64,000 nucleotides of DNA from Selaginella moellendorffii (lineage: Eukaryota; Plantae; Lycopodiophyta). The notes beneath the pieces were generated by a model. That model had not been told where the DNA came from. It saw nothing but the letters and a program-made list of their open reading frames with translations, and did not search any database. The position numbers were made by a program, and so were the translations under genes. Numbering within the stretch: the first letter of the stretch is position 1; each line of letters begins with the position of its first letter. The stretch covers positions 496,130 through 560,129 of the forward strand of contig NW_003314279.1 in the NCBI RefSeq assembly GCF_000143415.4, read 5' to 3'. Positions 51,509 to 63,066 of this stretch are shown here, piece after piece.

Positions 51509-54500
51509 TGTAAGATATAAAACTGTGGAAATGGAGCCATATGGCAATGCCCAAGGTGGAAATCTAACGAATGTAACATATTTGGACTAAAAGCTCTAAC
51601 TTAGAAAGTCAAAAGTGAGAGTGGAACTTTTAAGGAAGTGCTTGAGAAATGAGTATGGAGCCATCAATAAATGAGTCTCTAGAAAGAGACAAAAGAATGA
51701 CTAACATACATTAGTGTCTTGACATGTGGAAGTGTTAAGATTGAGTTTGAGACCAAGTCTAAGACTAAGTCTGAAATCGAATCCGAAATCAAATCCAAGA
51801 GTGGGTGGCACTATCTACTTGGATACTTTACATGGCTTATTAGAACTTTGCTTTAGCCACATGGCTAGGGCATCTTGGTGGTGGAAAGTGGGGAGAGTAC
51901 CCATAAAGCTTATGTTGCATTGTAATATTTCGAAATGTCATTTCAAAGTCTCTAACTGTGGAAGGAAAGATGAGTGGCCCTTTTACTTATTAATCAAATA
52001 TATAATCATGTTGTGAGGAAGTCCCAAAGGTTAATAAGACTTAATGGATGGACTTTTAGGCCTTGATTCAATGGCAATATTGGCAAGCACTACTCTGGAC
52101 AAAAAAGAACTTCACAGAATTAAAGAGGATAATATTCCCCTATGTTTTAGGGCATCTTAAGGATGTTAAAAAGTGGTTATATAACAACTACGCATGAATG
52201 GAAGGTTTAATCTTCAAAAGACAAGACTATGGTATAAATTTTTTTCATTCTACTTTAGCCACTTAACCACACCTCTAACCACTTGGAGGAGTCTCATTCA
52301 CAACCTCCATAATGTAAACAACCAAAGAGAACAACTTAAGAGATGATCCATGAGGTTCAAATATAAAGGGAAAAGGCCCATGAACAAAAGTGCATCTTCT
52401 TTTCTAATTGGTTAAGGGTTTTGGGATATTTGGGGTTAAGCGTCCTTGGGTTTGAATAGTACTGGGTTAAGTGACCTCCCGGGAAGTCTAAATTTAGTCA
52501 CTTACATTTGGTATTAGAGGGGTCTCAGGTCCAACTCTATTGATTGGCTAGGGGAATCACACCATATGTTAATTGACATCTAGCAGGTCCAATTTGCTCC
52601 CGCCGGCTCAATTTGCTCCCGCCAGGCTCGACCCGAGCGGTAGCGTATGCACTTGCAGGAAAGTGTGGTAAATTGTAAACAACCAAAGAGAATGACTTAA
52701 GAGATGATCTATGGGTTAAATATAGAGGGAAAGGGCCCATGAACAAAAGTGCACCCCCATTTCCAATCGGTTATGGGTCTTAGAATATTTAGGGTTAAGC
52801 ATCCTTGGGTTTAAATAGTACTAGGTTGAGTGACTTCCCAGGAAGTCTAAATTCAAGAGCTCACACATAAGTCCATTTCAGGACTTGGGGCTTGCTAGCC
52901 CTGAAAATGGCATCTATGCCACTTAACCTTTGCACTTGGTCTAAGTGCTTCACATATCCGATCCCATGACCAACACTTAAGGGTACCACTAACATATCAA
53001 CCCATTACACTAAAGCCATGCCTATTCACCATTGTCACACTAGTGATTTAACACCACTTACATCACAGTCCCATCTCTCAAAGACTGGGCCATCTGTCTA
53101 GGAGTGGTCATCCCATATCCACTCCTTAGCATCCTTAGGATGCCCACAGACATGGGGAATAACCTTCCCCAATATCCCTTTTTCAGTCCCCACCAAGTCC
53201 TTTCCTGTGTCCATGTTCACCAACATTGCCACTAGATCAAAGCCCACCAAGCTCGACCACTAAGTCTTCTTATTCTCTGGGACTTCCTCACCATGTGACC
53301 GTATCTTTGGTCATTACACTATAGGATTGCTCCTCTTCCTTTCCATAGTCTAAGACTTTGGGACAACATTTTGGAACACCGTGGCTCTACACGAGCCTCA
53401 TAGGTACTCTCCCCACCTTCCACCTTTGGGTGCTCTAACCATGGGGCTAGAGCGAGGTTCCATTAAGCCACATTAAGTATCCAAGTAGGTAGTGCCACCC
53501 ATGCTTAGACTGGGAGCATCAACTATTTGATCTTTGCACTTGGTCCAAGTGTTCCACGTGTCCGATCCCATAATCAACACCCCAAGGTACCACCAACATA
53601 TCAACCCATTACGCTAGGCCATGCCCATTCACCTTGGTCACATCGGTGGTCCAACACCACCTGCATTGCAATCCCGTCTCTCCAAGACTGGGCCATCTGT
53701 TCATGAGTGGTGATCCCAGATCCACTCCTTAGCATCCTTAGAATGCCTATAGACATGGGGAATAGCCTTCTCCAATATTTCCTTCCCGGTCCTCACCAAG
53801 TCCCTTTCTGTTCATGGCCGTGCTCACCAGCATTGCCACTGGATCAAGGCCTATAGGCCCGACCACTAAGTCCTACGGTCCTTTGAGACTTCCTCACCGT
53901 GTGACTATGTCCTTGGTCATCACACTAAAGGGCTACTCTTCTTCCTTTCCATAGTCTAGGACTTTGGGACAACATTTTGGAACACCATGGCCCTACGCAA
54001 GCCTCATGGGTACTCTCCCCACCTTTTGCCTTTGGGTGCTTTAGCCATGGGCTTAAAGCAAGGTTCCGTTGAGCCACACCTGGTATCCAAGTAGGTAGTG
54101 CCACCCACACTTGGACTGGGAGCATTGACCATTCGATCTCCCGGGGGAACTAGAGCCGGCTCTTGAACACTTCACCAAGCTACCTCGCTTGTCGGTCCGT
54201 ATTCACTCTAGTCTTGGACTTCCCTATGGTCAACTCATCACCCAACACTGGGTATGGCCTTTCTAGGCCAAACTAGCTTCACTAGGCCACACTCTCCCTA
54301 CTATACTTTTGGAACCCCCCACAGCTCCCCCCCCCCGGGGGGACGATTGCTTTGGGCTTTCACCCAACTGCCTGTATTAATATTCAGACTCGAACTCGGA
54401 CTCGGACTCGGTCTCGGTCCCGGTCTCAGACTTAGACTTATACTCGAACTCGGTCTCAGTCTCGGTCCCGGTTCCATCTCGGACTCCATCTCGGGTCCAT

Positions 54501-55170
54501 CTCGAACTCCATCTCAAGTCCATCTTGGACTTCATCTCAAACTCCATCTCAGGTCCACCTTGGATGCCATCTTGAACTCCATCTTGGGTCCATCTCGGAC
54601 TCCATCTCAGGTCTATCTCGGACTCCATCTTGGATTCCTCCTTGGACTCCTTCTCGAACACTTCCACATCTCATGTGTTGGTCCTTTTGTGTCCCTTTTT
54701 TGAGACTCACTTATTGCTTGCATCGTGCTCATTCCTCAAGCACTTCATTGGGAGTTCCACTCCCGCTCTCACTTTTTCAAGTCAGAGCTTTTACTCCATA
54801 TGGGTTAATCTCATTTGGCTTCCACCTCAGCCACTACCATGTGGCACCCTTTCAGCTCCTCTTTGGGGCTTAGGGATTTTATGTCTTACACATGGTATAG
54901 ATGGCTTTAGACCATCAATAAAATAGTGAGGATGGATATGGCTTTAATGTAAAAGGTTGGTACTTTAGTAGTACCTTTGGGTGTTTAAAATGGAATTAAA
55001 CATGTGAAGCATTGGACTAAGTGCAAAGTTAACATAACTTTGAAATCACCTTTAAAGACTAACAAATACCCCAAGTTAGAATGAGGACTTATAGAGGTTG
55101 TGAATGAGACTTCTTCAAATGGTTTATAGCATGGTTAAATGACTAAATTAAATTGAACAATAGTGTTTAA
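51509..55170. mobile_element. Two nested, oppositely oriented copies of a long LTR-like repeat; inner copy 52233-54890 has a ~600-bp tandem duplication
   Basis: 51509-52230 and 54895-55170 are reverse-complement homologs of sequence inside 52233-54890; shared terminus tgtaagaYataaaa; units ~52925-53527 and ~53528-54137; hexamer-like repeats 54385-54660. Confidence 0.7.
52313..52865 (+). mobile_element. Intact Cassandra-like TRIM (553 bp) with 5S rRNA-derived segment in both LTRs
   Basis: LTR1 52313-52506 and LTR2 52674-52865 (TG..CA); PBS tggtattagag at 52509 (tRNA-Met-like); purine-rich tract before LTR2; perfect TSD CATAA (52308-52312, 52866-52870); no ORF. Confidence 0.92.
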
Positions 55171-58100
55171 TGTAATGTAGGACTCATTTTTATGAATATT
55201 GTCCACTTTTTCACATTGTTCCTAATGAAGTATATGAATTGGCAACATTCATAAACAATTATTTCTTATATATAAAGGAGTTTCTATCACCTTTTTTTCT
55301 TTATTTTTGAAAAATGAGCCACCATAAATATTGAGGAACAAACTTGTTTAAATATGGAGAGCACAAAGTAAAGCACTTTCTAATATCAAACTTAAAGTGG
55401 TTAATAATCCTTTAGTTCTTTCTTCTTCTCCTTTTTATATAACAAGCTCAATGTAGGTGGGTTGAAGAGTATTGGATTGATGGTTTTTATTTCCATTTGG
55501 TTGGCTCTATACTCTATACACACAATGGCTTCACAAAATTTACTGGAAGCTTTGACAAGTAATCTTTCCACAAATTCATTCAAACCATTAAATGTTGTAT
55601 CCTTAGGTATTACAACCAATATGTCAGTGTGGATAGACACATTTACTTGATCCTTGTGGATGAGCTTCTTCACAATCTTATACCTCATATCATCACTATT
55701 GTTGAAAATGCAAAACTCATGATTTATTTCCTCAAATAGCTGAAAGCTTGCTCAAACTCTCCAAGTCAGAAGGCAAAGCTCTAGTGTATGTGGAGAATCA
55801 CAGTTAGTTTTCTTTTCATTGGGGAAAAACTATTGCATAATCTCATGTTATAGTCCATATCTGGCGGGAAATCTCTCTTCCAAGCACTTATCATTGAGAA
55901 GAATGTGGAATACCTAGATGCTGGAAACTGTTTCCATGAAAGTATATATGTTTCATACTTTGGTTTTGATCTTTGTAGATGGCCAAGCTTCTCATTGCTT
56001 CTTTAGGCAGGTCACCATTCATGGGTAACGAGTTTGGCCATATAAAGATACTTTTCATTGTTCCTTAGTGGTCTTTAAGAAAAAGATTTTACACATGTGG
56101 AGAGCAAGCAATAACTTCTCATATGAGTTTACTTGTTAGAGATGATCCTTACTAGATGACAAATGGCACACAAAGTTTGACATTGTAAGTAGAGACAACA
56201 TCATTTCTCTCAAGACTCTTGTCTTATCAGCAATTGATGTAAGTGCCTATGGCAATTGAGCAGAAGTATTTAATTCTTAACGATGCACCAGCAACAAACT
56301 TGTAAGTTGATGATTCTGTTTCCTCCTCTTTTTTATGATTTTGGGTTTCTTAGGATCAATGTCTTTAGCACAAAATTGTTCCTCCACAATTGAGTGTAGG
56401 GGTTGTCGAGTGGAAGCTTTCATCTATCTCTCATGTAAGAATACTATAGGTTTATAGACTTGCAAAAGTCTGGGATGCCTCAGTTAGTGTGATGTAAAAA
56501 ATCTGGCAATTATGACAAAGCAATGACTTTTTGTTTTCTTAAATACTATGAACTCAATTTTGCATTAATGTCAAGTAAAAATTCATGCAACCTCAATTGA
56601 GGTTTATGAATTCAGTGAGTTCATGCATTGCATACCACCGTGTATTCATAACCAATCAAAAGCCTAGAAACTTATGTGGAAGCCACTTTTCATAGTATTT
56701 TAATATTTGTTAGATCAATATTTGTTATCTTTTCTTTATTAATAGTTCATTGATATATATAAAACCTAGACATGTTGCAATAGAAAATACTTCCTATGAT
56801 TTTAAAATTAAAATTCAGGATAGACATTTTGTTGTGTGGAATATAAACATATCTTATCTAAGGATAGGATTTCAACAAAATTTTTCTTCAACAATACAGG
56901 AAATTACAATATAGTAAAGGTTTTGTCACAGCTATTAGAGTTTTGTCATTTGCAAGAAATGCAAAGATCACGTGAGCAAGTTTTATATGAGAATGCACTA
57001 ATATATATAGTCCATTTGGTTGTTCCATCCAGAGGTGTTCTGGTAAACATAAGTATTGGTAGTGAATTTCTAATAACTTTTTGATCAATGTATTATTTCA
57101 AAAACTTTTATTCCAAATATTTTAGAATGAATTCATCCTCCTTTACTATGATCTTATTGTTTTTTATTTTTATTTTTATTTTTGTGCTTAGATTTAGCTT
57201 AAAAAAATTATATTAATCAATAAGAACTAAGACTTTATAACTAGAAGTCTCAAACTAAATAAACATATAATAATTTTAACAAAGATTGAAACTAAATCTC
57301 CTAGAGTTTTAAGTAACTTCTCTGTGTGTGTGTGTGTGTGTTTAAAGGCAAATATTTGTATTTATATATGACAGTGGTTTGATGCAATTTGTCCAGCCAG
57401 GACATACTGTGTAAAAGCTGTGTTGCAAGTGATTGTAACCTCTATTGTTATAGATTAGTGTTAAATCAGTATATCGACTAGATTGGAGTCTCACATGTAA
57501 TAAATCATTATCTAAATAAACATATCCTCCTTGACCAAAAGGAATTATACATTCATTCCATATAATACTAAATTCCTAAAACATCATATTTAAATTCACA
57601 AACATCTTCCTCATTATATATGGCATTAGTTCTAGAAATACAAGCTTTTAGAAATGGAGAGCTGGTTCCAGATATTTTATCATTTATTAAATGAACTATA
57701 ATTAAGAAAATCCTTTTTGCCATTCTTAAAATGTTATTATTAATATAAATGTTATATTTAACTTTGCTTAAATATAAGATAATCCTTGATAGAAGAAATT
57801 GATCATATAAAAAGTATATTCTTTTCTTTTAGACTATATAAGGAATTTTGATGATGTGGCAGCCAGACTGCAAGTATTATAAGAAAAAAAAATATTATTA
57901 AAATATTTTTCTTGCAACATGTGTCAATTTGTCTAAGTTTTATATTTATCAATAGACTGTAGCTTTTAAATTTTTAATAAATAATTATTAGAAAATAAAT
58001 CACACTTTTGCACAAAATAGACTGATCTTTAGTTGCAAATAAAGATTCAAATAATGGTAGAAATGTACCTCAATCGTAAAAGTCCTTGTAGCCCTAGGTA

Positions 58101-58699
58101 AAATCTGCCATCATGTAGCTAAAGACTTCAACAAATCCACCAACAGCCTTAATCTTCATTTTTCCCAAGCAATTCAATCCTAAATCTCAATTCTCATACC
58201 AACAATCAGGACCAAATGCTCTTCCGAATGCCTGTATTTTTGAGCATTTTGCCCTAAAATGGATCAATGTGCTTCTTGTAAGAGGATGCATCTTCATACT
58301 CAGCAATGAAGATTTATCCATTGGGAGATTTACACTTCTATAGCTAAACAGTATAAAGTGGATGTGCTAGACCTTATCATTACTTGTTGCAGGGGTGGCA
58401 CATGCTTAATTTCAAGGCAACAACTAAGCTCACCAAAATCTATAGCTACTCTAGAAATTGGTAAAAAACTAGAAACAATAGTAAAAAAAGGACATAAATG
58501 ATTTTTATACATGATGCAAACTAAGTTAATCCAAAAGTCTAAACTAAGCGTAAGTCCATACCAATCTTATATACAGATGTGAAGTCATCTCAAGTCCATT
58601 GCTAGAGTTTATCAAACAAAGATTGTTTACCTTCTAGGTAAATACCATTTGGAATTGAAGATGGGTGGTCTGCTGCTTTACTCTATGTTCAGAAACTAA

Positions 58700-59560
58700 A
58701 TTAGTAGTAGACCAAATTTACTTTATGTAAAGTTTATAAATTAAAAAAAAATTATAAACATAAATTATCTAATAAATATAAACCATTAGATTAAGAATAT
58801 GTTAGGATATGTTTTTGGTTTACTTAAGCAAACATGTGGATGGTAGTGAATATACTAAGTATATTCCTGGATATTCTAGAATAGTTTACCATTTAACATT
58901 GTTATTCATTTAGATGAATTGTTTATAATTTATAAACTTCCTAAACACTTTCTAGTATATTCTAGTTTATTCTACCATCTAATGGTTGATATTCAATAAG
59001 ATTAATCTTTTGTGTATATAAATTATAAACATGTTTATAATTAAAAACTTCCATTTGATCAATTAAATTAATAAATAAGAATAACACTATTATTAAGCAA
59101 ATCAAATTTTGATACATGTAATGCACAACAAATTTTTGGTTTGCTTAAGCAAACTATATGAGGACTATTTAAGCATATTCTAGGTATATTCATTACCATC
59201 CCATTCTAGGATATAATGGTTGTTATTCATTTAGATTAATCTTGTATTTATAATTTATTAACATGTTTATAATTTTTAAACTTTCTTAAACCCTTTCTAG
59301 TATATTCTTTTTATTCTATCATCTGGTTGATATGCAATAAGATTAATCTTGTGTTTATAAATTACAAACATGCTTATAATTATAAATTTTATTTGATCAA
59401 TTAAATTAATAAGTAAAAATAACACTACTATTAAGCAAACCAAATGTTACTACATGCAACACTAGCAATTTATTATAAATTACAGACATATTTATAATTT
59501 ATAAACGCAAGATTAATCTAAATAAAGATAAACCGTTAAATGGAAGAATATACTAAAATG
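58700..59560. repeat. AT-rich ~340-bp tandem repeat with inverted partial copies (MITE/Helitron-like)
   Basis: Duplicated caataagattaatctt, ttgatcaattaaatt and aataacacta..attaagcaa blocks. Confidence 0.7.
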
Positions 59561-59609
59561 TCCAGGCTTATTTCTTCTGGGTCGAAGGGTTGTTTTTTAA
59601 GGTTTAGCC

Positions 59610-60930
59610 ATGAAGCTTCAACACCCGGAAAATCGATCAAGATTTTTTATGAATGGCTCGATTGACGAGGAGGATGGCAGTGATGATCCAGTGCTACTTG
59701 ATCCAGCAGTGTGGGGTGCTCTCTCCAGTGACATCCTCGCCATGATCCTCGGCTGGCTGCCACTCCCGGCGCTATGCCGCTTCCGGTCAGTCTCCAAGGC
59801 ATGGCACGCGGCCATCGGGCGGATCCGAAAGGTCAGGCACGGCCCCTGGTACGTCTCATGCGCTGAGGGTGCCGTCAAGATCGCCAACCCTCGCGACTGG
59901 GAGCTTTTTGGCCGCCACTGGCGTAGCTTGCCGCAAATGCCCGGGCTCGGCATTTGCCGCCTCTGCGCTGCTGCTGGTGGGTTGTTTTACTTCGTCGTCG
60001 CCGGGGGCGATTTTCCCTACAAGGACGATGCTGTGGTGCTCAACCCGCTCACCGGCTACTGGAAGGAGCTGCCGAGAGTTCCCAGGATCGTGGAGTTGAG
60101 GATGGAGAGGATGTCGGTGTGGAGGGGGATGGAGGCTCTCGGGCAGGATGGAGATTTCCTCGTCGTCAACTTGGTGGAATGCGTTCCACGCTACGTTCGA
60201 CGAAGGGACATTGTCCAGGTCTACGACTCGAGGCAGCGGAGATGGAGCACCAACGCTGAGCTTGTTCTTGAGCCAGGTATGATCGACAGTACTTCTCCTC
60301 AGACCAAAGTTTTTTTTTTTCCAGGCGAGTTTTGCGCGCCGGGTAGTGCAGCGTTACACGGTTCGATCCTCTACTTTCTCACTTTTCCAGGGAACCCGGA
60401 CGCCACGGCCAGGCTGAGACCCTTTCGACTGGATAGTGATCTCTGCGGGAAGTGCGAGAGCACCATTGTTGCAACCTGGAAGGATCTGCCAAAGAGGAGC
60501 TTCTTAAGTCCGGGTCAAGCTGACAGGAATCCAAAGCTGTTCTTCTGGGGTAAGAAAGTGGCGTCCTCTCCTCTTCTTCATAGTTTTCTTCTTCGCAGGA
60601 GAGCGATGCATGTTGGCAAGCTTCGGTGAGGTACGCCCAGGCAGCGCGAACGAGACGATCTTCTTACACGCCTTGGACGCGGAGAGCAAGACATGGATAG
60701 AATTCGACCGCCTTCGGACTCCTGGAAAGAAAAGAGCATTCCAGGACTTGCGAGTGGCAGCAGATCCTCTGGAGCAAAGGCTTACCTTGTCCACGGCAGA
60801 GAATGGCTACGCTTACGACCTTTCCACAAAAGAGTGGTCTCGTCCATGGTCGTTCTCTCATTTCAGCCCATGCAGTGTTCCATTCTTTCCTTACACACCG
60901 TCCTTCTGCTTAAGTAGAAGCGACGTATAG
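59610..60930 (+). CDS. F-box protein, 3 exons (59610-60276, 60325-60549, 60599-60930)
   Basis: LDPAVWGALSSDILAMILGWLPLPALCRFRSVSKAW F-box; VLNPLTGYWKELP. The 49-nt intron joins the two ORFs in frame (FFWGERCMLASF). Confidence 0.9.
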
Positions 60931-60989
60931 ATCCATGAATGAATGGAAGCTAGAAGTTCGTCACGTAGCGCATTATGCTCGTGAAAGAC

Positions 60990-62654
60990 TTAAGACCACA
61001 GTGTTTCCAAGCCTTCGAGCTCCATTGCCTGGAAGAGCTCGGGAAGTTGATCTTCGCGGCCACCAGCGAGATAAGCCGACGCTAGAGTTGCCCACACGAA
61101 CCCCTCCTTGATCGCGAGCGCATCAAACGCGAGCTTGGCATTCTTCCAGTCGCCACAAAGAGCATACATGTTGAGGACGTCCCTGAGCGTGTTGGAGGTA
61201 AACGCGGAGGTTTTTGCGAGAGAGGAGGCCAGTTCCTTGCCACGAGCAAAGTTCTTCTCGTCGCAGCAGGCAGCGAAGACGCTGCTCAGGGTCTGCTCGT
61301 TTGGATCCATGCTCGCGCTCTTCATCGCGTCGAAGAGAGCTAGACACTCTCCAAACTCCCCATGCCGGACGTAAGCCTCGAGCATGGCGTTCCACACCAG
61401 TATCTCCTTTCCGGAAGAGCTCCTCTTGAACAAGAGCCTGGCATTCTCGAGGCTGCCACACTCGGAGTACATCCTGATGAGAGCGGCGACGAGCCGAGCG
61501 CTGTGCTTCACAGTCGTGGCCACCGCTCGCGCGTGGATCGCCTTGCCTTGCGAGAGATGCTCGGGGTGGCGGCACGATCCAAGCACGAGCACAAAACTCT
61601 CCGGATCTGGAGAAGTTGCTCGAGCTCGCATCACAGTGTAGAGCTCCAGTGCGTCCACAGAGAATCCACCGCGAGCACACACCTCAAAGCAGTAGTTCCA
61701 GCACGCTCCTGACATCCTGGCCGCGGCGGCTTTCACTCGATCAAACCGCCGGCACTGTGCGTAGATCTTCACCAGCGCGAGCTGGAGATCACTGCCGCAG
61801 ATCCGGTCCAGTCCCTCGCTCGCGATCCTCTCCACCACCCTGCTCCCCAGCTCCAATCTCCCCGCCGCCACGCAAATCTCTAGCACAGCCGCGTAGGTGG
61901 TGCTATCCGGCCTCTTCCCCTCCACCGCCATCGCCCAGTAGAACTCCAGCGCGCGATCGTGCTGCTTCCACCGCCACAAGGCCGCGATCACCGCGTTCCA
62001 CACCGGCGTCTCCTTGAACCTCACGTCGCCAAACACCTGGATGGCGGTGTCGAGCCGGCCACACTTGCCATACATGTAGATGATCGCACTCTGGAGCTTG
62101 TGATCCTGCCGGACGCGCCGATCGATGAGCAAGTTGTGGAACTCGGTGCCGGAGGAGAGATCGCGCAGCTGGCCGCACGCCCGGATGGCGAGCGCGAAGG
62201 AGACGGCGTCCGGAACGGCCCTCTGGAGGAGCATCCGCCGGAAGTTCCGGTAGACCATCTTGCCGGACCCATCGTTGCGCGCGAGCATCCCCAGGAAGGC
62301 GTTCCAGGACTGGACGGTCCTCTTGTCCATGGTCTCGAAAACCTGGCTGCCCCATTCCAGATTGCCGCACCGGGAGTACATCCGGATCAAGAGATTGGCC
62401 ATGGATGTGTCGTCCAGGTACTTGGTGGCGTCCATGTGGCGGTGGATGCGAACGCCGTAGGAGAATGCGTGCTCGCGGGCGCAGCGCCGGAGGAGGGAGG
62501 CGTACACGGAGGGATTCACCCGGTTTGGCGAGTAGGATTGCTCCAGCGAGTCGACGGCGTCGGCGAGGCCCTGGGACACCCATGGCTCGCGGGGGTACCT
62601 GATGCGCCGCCGCCGCTTGAAGCTCAGCTTCCTCCGCTGTAGCCCTCGCAGCAT
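60990..62654 (-). CDS. PLS-like PPR protein without E/DYW
   Basis: YASLLRRC, MYSRCG, MYGKCGRLDTA, VWNAMLEAY repeats. Confidence 0.9.
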   Translation of the reverse strand: MLRGLQRRKLSFKRRRRIRYPREPWVSQGLADAVDSLEQSYSPNRVNPSVYASLLRRCAREHAFSYGVRIHRHMDATKYLDDTSMANLLIRMYSRCGNLEWGSQVFETMDKRTVQSWNAFLGMLARNDGSGKMVYRNFRRMLLQRAVPDAVSFALAIRACGQLRDLSSGTEFHNLLIDRRVRQDHKLQSAIIYMYGKCGRLDTAIQVFGDVRFKETPVWNAVIAALWRWKQHDRALEFYWAMAVEGKRPDSTTYAAVLEICVAAGRLELGSRVVERIASEGLDRICGSDLQLALVKIYAQCRRFDRVKAAAARMSGACWNYCFEVCARGGFSVDALELYTVMRARATSPDPESFVLVLGSCRHPEHLSQGKAIHARAVATTVKHSARLVAALIRMYSECGSLENARLLFKRSSSGKEILVWNAMLEAYVRHGEFGECLALFDAMKSASMDPNEQTLSSVFAACCDEKNFARGKELASSLAKTSAFTSNTLRDVLNMYALCGDWKNAKLAFDALAIKEGFVWATLASAYLAGGREDQLPELFQAMELEGLETLWS

Positions 62655-63066
62655 TCCCAAGAGCCCTAAACCCCGTGAATATTCTGCGGAATATTCGATT
62701 TTTTGAGTTTAAACCAAAAAACGGCGGGGCTTCGCGGGAATTTCGCTCGCGCGGAGAAAGGGTTCCTCGTCTTCCAGAGGCAATCTAATTTGCTCGCATC
62801 CATAACTGTTGCAAGCGTCGAGTGATTCCACTGCCAAAAATTGGCATGGGCACAAGATTAAGCCCTTGGAGCGTGATGTTTGTCCACAACTATACAAAGC
62901 CCTAAATAATTGGAAATAGAAGTGAGAGAACACCTGGGAAGCGAAAAACAAAAGCAGAACTTGCTTTGTAAAAGGATCATCCCCGAGTAGACTCTAAAAG
63001 TCGATCATAACAGTTATAAGTTCGTTGACAAGGAAGAATGATTTAGAGCAAGCATCATAAAAGGTA

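Noticed and set aside
52435-52490. 5S rRNA gene
   Set aside because: Only the internal promoter half is present, embedded in LTRs; no 5S 5' end or full ~120-nt gene
54254-54703. 149-aa and 96-aa ORFs in hexamer-like repeats
   Set aside because: Low-complexity repeat translation inside an LTR-like element
55400-56500. Possible decayed transposase on the minus strand
   Set aside because: Coding-like but full of stops; no diagnostic motif recognised
60549-60629. Apparent frameshift in the F-box gene
   Set aside because: Explained by a 49-nt GT-AG intron (60550-60598)
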